From NCBI GenBank assembly GCA_022572805.1, contig JACZVF010000001.1:22314-54313 (forward strand): a DNA stretch of 32,000 nt, written 5' to 3'. The stretch is from Chloroflexota bacterium (lineage in GTDB: Bacteria > Chloroflexota > Dehalococcoidia > Lucifugimonadales > JADFKI01). Within the stretch, counting starts at the first letter, position 1; every line of letters starts with the position of its first letter. A program made the position numbers and the translations under genes. The notes beneath the pieces are model-generated. The model ran no database searches, was not told where the DNA came from, and saw only the letters and a program-made list of their open reading frames with translations. Below are positions 27,784 through 32,000 of this stretch, one piece after another.

Positions 27784-29208
27784 ATGGCAAGATTTGATCT
27801 GATTCTGGCCGGGGGCAGGGTGCTGGACCCGGCGAACGCTATGGACGGCGTCGCTGATATCGGCATTAAGTCCGGCAAGATCGAGGCCGTGGCGCCTGAG
27901 CTAGACCCGTTCGACACCGAGAAGACCGTGGACGTGACCGGCAAGTGGGTCATGCCGGGGCAGATAGACACCCACGCCCACGTAGCCGGCCTTTCCAGAA
28001 ACTGGGACCCGGCCATAGGCTACGGCATGCTGGCGAGAGCCGGAACGACCACTGTGCTGGATATGGGTGGCACCGGTCCCAGCCTCATAGACGGCATCAA
28101 GCGCAAGGGAGCGGGCCTCAACGTGGCCGGCCTCTTCGCCATGATACCCGGTTCGACGATACCCGGCAGGGACCCTACAACGGAGCAGTTGCCCGACATC
28201 GTTGCACTTGCCTTGCAGCAGGGGTGCATCGGTGTAAAGATGCTGGGCGGCTACCATCCGTTTACTCCAGAAATCACCGCGGAAATTATCCGAGCATGCA
28301 ACAACCAGATGGCTTACATCGCATTTCATCTGGGCACCAAAGAGTCCGGCAGTCACCTGAACGGCCTGCGGGAGATTCCCGGCCTTGTGGGCAAGGGCCG
28401 TCTTCACGTCTGCCACGTGAACTCCTACTGCCGGGGGGTCATAGAAGCCGCCGACGACGAGTGCGACGAGGCCCTGGACATACTGGAAAACATGCGTGGC
28501 CAGCTCAACTCCGAGGCATACCACGCGGTCCAGAACGGGACCAGCGGCTCCTGCGACAAGGACGGCAACGTGTTGGCCAATGTGCCGCAGAACTGCCTGC
28601 GTATGAGAGGTTACCCGACAACTCGCGACGGCATGCGCCAGGCCATTCTGGACGGCTACGCATCAGTGGTAGGTCAGAAGGGCGGTCAGATAATGTACAT
28701 GCGTGGCCGGGAGGCTCTGGACATTTTTGAGAAGCTCAATACCCAGGTGGGCATGAGCTTCCCGGTAAACCTGCCTTCCTCGGCGTTCAAATTGGCGACC
28801 TCGAAGAACACAAAGGGCGAGTTCATCGTCGACGCAGTCAGCACCGACGGCGGATCACACCCCAGGAACGTGGCCATCCAGAGCACCATGGCCCTGGTGC
28901 AGTTCGGCGCTCTAACGAGGCTGGAGTTGGCGTGCAAGCTTTCGCTGACGCCGGCGCGAATGCTGGGCCTGCACGACAAAGGCCACTTCTCCGAAGGAGC
29001 CGACGCCGATATCACGGTATTGGATCCGGCGCTCAACGAGCCCGTAATGAGCTTCGTGGCCGGCGAGCCAATCATGATAGGCGGCCAGGTCGTCGGCACC
29101 GGGGGACGTCTAATGGTGACTCCGCAGGGAGAGGCAACAGCCAGAGACAGCGGTTTGCCGTATCAGGTGCTTGACCTGTCCCAAAGCAAGCTCTACGCAG
29201 GATATTAG
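27784..29208 (+). CDS. Amidohydrolase-superfamily metallohydrolase (amidohydrolase/deacetylase type), substrate unknown
   Basis: 474 aa. The N-terminus is FDLILAGGRVLDPANAMDGVADIGIKSGKIEAV...VMPGQIDTHAHV, with the HxH metal motif. The C-terminal part, GADADITVLDP...V...MIGGQVV, is typical of the composite beta-sandwich domain. Confidence 0.75.
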   Translation: MARFDLILAGGRVLDPANAMDGVADIGIKSGKIEAVAPELDPFDTEKTVDVTGKWVMPGQIDTHAHVAGLSRNWDPAIGYGMLARAGTTTVLDMGGTGPSLIDGIKRKGAGLNVAGLFAMIPGSTIPGRDPTTEQLPDIVALALQQGCIGVKMLGGYHPFTPEITAEIIRACNNQMAYIAFHLGTKESGSHLNGLREIPGLVGKGRLHVCHVNSYCRGVIEAADDECDEALDILENMRGQLNSEAYHAVQNGTSGSCDKDGNVLANVPQNCLRMRGYPTTRDGMRQAILDGYASVVGQKGGQIMYMRGREALDIFEKLNTQVGMSFPVNLPSSAFKLATSKNTKGEFIVDAVSTDGGSHPRNVAIQSTMALVQFGALTRLELACKLSLTPARMLGLHDKGHFSEGADADITVLDPALNEPVMSFVAGEPIMIGGQVVGTGGRLMVTPQGEATARDSGLPYQVLDLSQSKLYAGY

Positions 29209-29258
29209 TATCGGTCCTAGCTGATTTCGGCCCGCGCCACCGCCCATCCAGTCAAGTA

Positions 29259-29315
29259 TTGACTAAATATATACTAGGCATTAATATTCTTTATCATCAA
29301 CGCGTGATAAAGAAT
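29259..29315 (+). promoter_or_regulatory. phnD-operon promoter (TTGACT, 17-nt spacer, TAATAT) abutted by a perfect 11-bp inverted repeat
   Basis: The -35 is at 29259-29264 and the -10 at 29282-29287. The inverted repeat is ATTCTTTATCA (29286-29296), an 8-nt spacer, then TGATAAAGAAT (29305-29315). Confidence 0.55.
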
Positions 29316-29325
29316 ACGGCCTTAT

Positions 29326-30198
29326 TTGAAAAACTCGAAACCCCTTCTGCTCGCTGTTGGAATCCTGCTGTGCTTGGCGGCGGTGGCGTGCGGCGCCGGT
29401 GCTGACGCGCCTACCCTAAAGATTGCGGGCATTCCAGACCAGAACTCCTCGGAAATTGCCCGCCGTTACGAGGTGCTGACCACGTACCTCAGCAGTGAAT
29501 TGGGCGTTGAGGTCGAGTTCGTGCCAACGGTGAATTACGCCGCGACTGTAATCGGATTCAAGCAGGGCGGGATTCAGTTGGCATGGTTTGGTGGGCTAAC
29601 AGGCGTGCAGGCCCGCAAGGCGGTACCCGGGTCAAAGGCTATAGCGCAGAGGCCACGAGATGCGGAGTTCCACTCCAAGTTTATCGTGGCGGCGGACTCG
29701 GAAGCCGGCGACATTCGCGACCTCAAGGACCTGACCTTTACATTCGGAAGCGAAAGCTCCACATCCGGGCATCTAATGCCGAGGCATTTCCTGCTGAAGA
29801 TCGGCATAGATCCGGACAAAGACTTCCGAGGTCCGCCGAACTACTCCGGCTCCCACGACAAGACCTGGAAGCTGGTGGAAAGCGGCGCGTTTCAGGCGGG
29901 CGCGCTGAACGAAGCTGTGTGGGACCAGGCTGTTTCCGAGGGCAAAGTAGACTTGAAAAAGGTCCGGGAGCTGTGGGTCACGCCGCCATATTACGACTAC
30001 AACTGGACGGTGCGCGGCGACCTGGACGACAAGTTTGGCCAGGGTTTTACCGACCGGGTGCAGGAAGCCTTGCTTGGCATTAACGGCAAGCATGGAGAGA
30101 TTCGCGAGATGTTCCAGACGGATTCCTTTGAGGTGTCCGAAAACGCCAACTATCGGTTTATCGAAGAAATCGCCAGGAACCTGGGCATATTAAATTGA
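29326..30198 (+). CDS. phnD: PhnD-family ABC transporter substrate-binding protein (phosphonate/phosphite-type), probable lipoprotein
   Basis: 290 aa with a TTG start. The signal peptide ends in AAVAC. LKIAGIPDQN, TVNYAATVIGFKQGGIQLAWFGG and FTFGSESSTSGHLMPRHFL match PhnD. Confidence 0.82.
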   Translation: MKNSKPLLLAVGILLCLAAVACGAGADAPTLKIAGIPDQNSSEIARRYEVLTTYLSSELGVEVEFVPTVNYAATVIGFKQGGIQLAWFGGLTGVQARKAVPGSKAIAQRPRDAEFHSKFIVAADSEAGDIRDLKDLTFTFGSESSTSGHLMPRHFLLKIGIDPDKDFRGPPNYSGSHDKTWKLVESGAFQAGALNEAVWDQAVSEGKVDLKKVRELWVTPPYYDYNWTVRGDLDDKFGQGFTDRVQEALLGINGKHGEIREMFQTDSFEVSENANYRFIEEIARNLGILN

Positions 30199-31013
30199 AG
30201 CGCAACGAAGTCGAAACCGCCGTCTTCCTCGCGCTGAATGCAGTGCAGAAGAGCTACAACGGGCAGACTGCGCTGGAACCACTATCACTTTCTGTAAATG
30301 CAGGTGAGTCCATCGCCGTAATCGGGCCCAGCGGCAGCGGAAAGACCACCTTGCTTAACCTGATGGCCGGCGTCATTCAACCAGACTCGGGCGCGATCAT
30401 GCTGGGTGGCAGGGAGCTTTCCGGCCTAAGACCCGGCGGCGAATTGTCCCGCCTTGTAGGCGTTATCCACCAGCAGTTCGACCTGGTGCCGCAACTCAGC
30501 GTTCTCCACAACGTGCTGGCCGGTCGGTTGGGAGATTGGGGCTTGGTCCAGTCCCTGCTGTCTCTGGTCTGGCCCCGTGAGAGGCACGTCGCGTTGCAGG
30601 CGCTGGAGCGCGTAGGCATACAGGAAAAGGCCGCGGAGAGGGCGGCCAGGCTTTCCGGAGGGGAGAAGCAGAGGGTCGCGATAGCCCGCTTGCTGGTGCA
30701 AGACCCGCAGATGATAATCGCCGACGAGCCCGTATCGTCGCTGGACCCCGCTCGGGCCGAGGATATTCTGGACATGCTGACCGGCATAGCAAAGGAGCGC
30801 GGGAAAACGCTTATCGCCAGTATTCACACCCTGGATATCTCGTCCACAGATATCTCATCCAGCTATTTCAGCAGGGTAATCGGTCTGCGCGAAGGTAGGG
30901 TGCAGTTCGACCTGCCCATGCATGAACTGAGTCAACGTCGGCTAACCAGCCTTTACCGGTTGCCCTTGCGAGTCGAGAAAGAGACAAGCGTTGGGGTCCC
31001 GGCTGACTCCTAA
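30195..31013 (+). CDS. phnC: Phosphonate-type ABC transporter ATP-binding protein
   Basis: Walker A GPSGSGKTT, signature LSGGEKQRVAIARLL and Walker B IIADEP. The TTG start overlaps the phnD stop (TTGA). Confidence 0.85.
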   Translation: MKRNEVETAVFLALNAVQKSYNGQTALEPLSLSVNAGESIAVIGPSGSGKTTLLNLMAGVIQPDSGAIMLGGRELSGLRPGGELSRLVGVIHQQFDLVPQLSVLHNVLAGRLGDWGLVQSLLSLVWPRERHVALQALERVGIQEKAAERAARLSGGEKQRVAIARLLVQDPQMIIADEPVSSLDPARAEDILDMLTGIAKERGKTLIASIHTLDISSTDISSSYFSRVIGLREGRVQFDLPMHELSQRRLTSLYRLPLRVEKETSVGVPADS

Positions 31014-31794
31014 CGGCTTTCTCGAAAGTCGGCGGCTCCTGACCTATCTGCTGGTGGCAGCCGTTGCATTGAGCGCGTTGTCAGTGGACTGGCGGGCAGG
31101 GCTGGTCCACCCTGGCGGGGCGGCCTCCGCCGCGCAGATATTCTCGGCGCTCTTCACCCCCAAACTCGCCCCTGACTTTCTTGCCATAGCCTTGTCGGCA
31201 AGCTGGACGACTGTGACCTTCGCGGTGGCGGGCCTTACGCTGGCCATAGCAGTCGGTCTGCCGCTGGGGGTGCTGGGGTCCGGTGTGCTACTGGCGCCTG
31301 GTGTACGCAGAGTAACCACCATCGCCTTCGTAAGAGTGTTGCTGGGTCTCTTGCGGTCCATCCACGAACTGGTGTGGGCATGGCTGTTCGTGGTTGCCAT
31401 TGGGCTCTCGCCCATCGCGGGGATATTCGCCCTGGCGATACCCTACGCGGGAATACTGGGGCGCATCTACTCGGAGATACTGGTGGACGTGCCCGAACAA
31501 CCTCTGAACGCCCTCAGGACAACCGGGGCGTCGGAGTTCAAGGTATTCCTGTACGGACGCCTGCCCATGGCCTTGCCCGACATGCTCAGCTACACATTCT
31601 ATCGGCTGGAGTGTGGCATACGGTCGGCGGCCATCCTTAGCTTCGTCGGCATTGCGGGCTTGGGCTACCAGATTCAGCTATCCCTGGACGACCTGCTCTA
31701 CAACGAGGTATGGACGCTGCTGTTCTTCCTGGTGGGTCTGGTGGCGCTGGTGGACCTGTGGAGCAGCGTAGTTCGAAAGAGCGTGACGCCTTGA
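30991..31794 (+). CDS. phnE: Phosphonate-type ABC transporter permease
   Basis: 267-aa multi-pass protein. RSIHELVWAWLFVVAIGLSPIAGIFALAIPYAGILGRIYSE...ALRTTGASEFKVFLYGRLPMALP matches PhnE. Confidence 0.85.
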   Translation: MGSRLTPNGFLESRRLLTYLLVAAVALSALSVDWRAGLVHPGGAASAAQIFSALFTPKLAPDFLAIALSASWTTVTFAVAGLTLAIAVGLPLGVLGSGVLLAPGVRRVTTIAFVRVLLGLLRSIHELVWAWLFVVAIGLSPIAGIFALAIPYAGILGRIYSEILVDVPEQPLNALRTTGASEFKVFLYGRLPMALPDMLSYTFYRLECGIRSAAILSFVGIAGLGYQIQLSLDDLLYNEVWTLLFFLVGLVALVDLWSSVVRKSVTP

Positions 31795-32000
31795 ATCCTG
31801 GGAGCAGTGGATTCGCGTCACGACCCCGGCAGAGACGTTCTGCCTTCAGACCGGGTGTAGCCCAGGCGTCGCTGGTGGGTTTCCTGCTGTTGGCCGCCAT
31901 TTCATGGGGACACATCATCCTGGGCGACGACAGCGGCATATCAGAGCTGTTCACCCTTCAGACCTGGCAGCGCATCTCCGAATTCCTGGGACAGCTCGCC
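31791..32000 (+). CDS. phnE: Second PhnE-type permease, N-terminal fragment; runs off the right edge of the window
   Basis: The open frame to the window edge reads (M)NPGSSGFASRPRQRRSAFRPGVAQASLVGFLLLAAISWGHIILGDD...WQRISEFLGQLA. A basic N-terminus followed by a TM helix is typical of the second PhnE. The putative TTG start overlaps the preceding TGA. The start is uncertain. Confidence 0.55.
   Translation, partial: MNPGSSGFASRPRQRRSAFRPGVAQASLVGFLLLAAISWGHIILGDDSGISELFTLQTWQRISEFLGQLA

Overview
This is a chromosomal window dominated by housekeeping genes from a GC-rich bacterium. I saw no rRNA, tRNA, CRISPR array or mobile element. The gene content looks Chloroflexota-like, but that is inference only. 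It rests on split gcvPA/gcvPB, an atpZ-led F1Fo operon, Rex, an F420-type LLM oxidoreductase, DUF951, a BFN nuclease, and many TTG/GTG starts with 4-nt start/stop overlaps.

Gene order, left to right:
- nusA (5' part, minus strand)
- modABC molybdate ABC transporter
- a translationally coupled sfsA / endonuclease-III-like pair (minus strand)
- pyrF, a DUF951 gene and a bifunctional-nuclease-family gene
- a complete F1Fo ATP synthase operon (atpZ-B-E-F-H-A-G-D-C)
- rex (convergent with atpC)
- citrate synthase, a small Cys-containing ORF and a MidA-type methyltransferase
- a long minus-strand block, given in transcription order: gcvT-gcvH-gcvPA-gcvPB, a peroxiredoxin, then trmI
- ftsH, an LLM/F420-type oxidoreductase (minus strand) and an amidohydrolase
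- a phnD-phnC-phnE-phnE' type ABC transporter that runs off the right edge

Most interesting observations:
1. The peroxiredoxin is interrupted by an in-frame TGA exactly at the peroxidatic-cysteine position. A hairpin starts 11 nt downstream and carries GGUC in its apical loop. This makes it a candidate selenocysteine peroxiredoxin with a bacterial SECIS element.
2. A Rex-operator-like palindrome covers the -10 box of the ATP synthase promoter. A second Rex-like box sits next to the rex promoter.
3. A strong intrinsic terminator lies inside the short nusA leader, and no rimP lies upstream.
4. A perfect 11-bp inverted repeat abuts the phnD promoter.
5. The gcvT leader has no recognisable glycine riboswitch but contains repeated short motifs.

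I found no evidence for a defence island or any other novel multi-gene system. All calls come from reading the sequence and the ORF translations; no searches were run.
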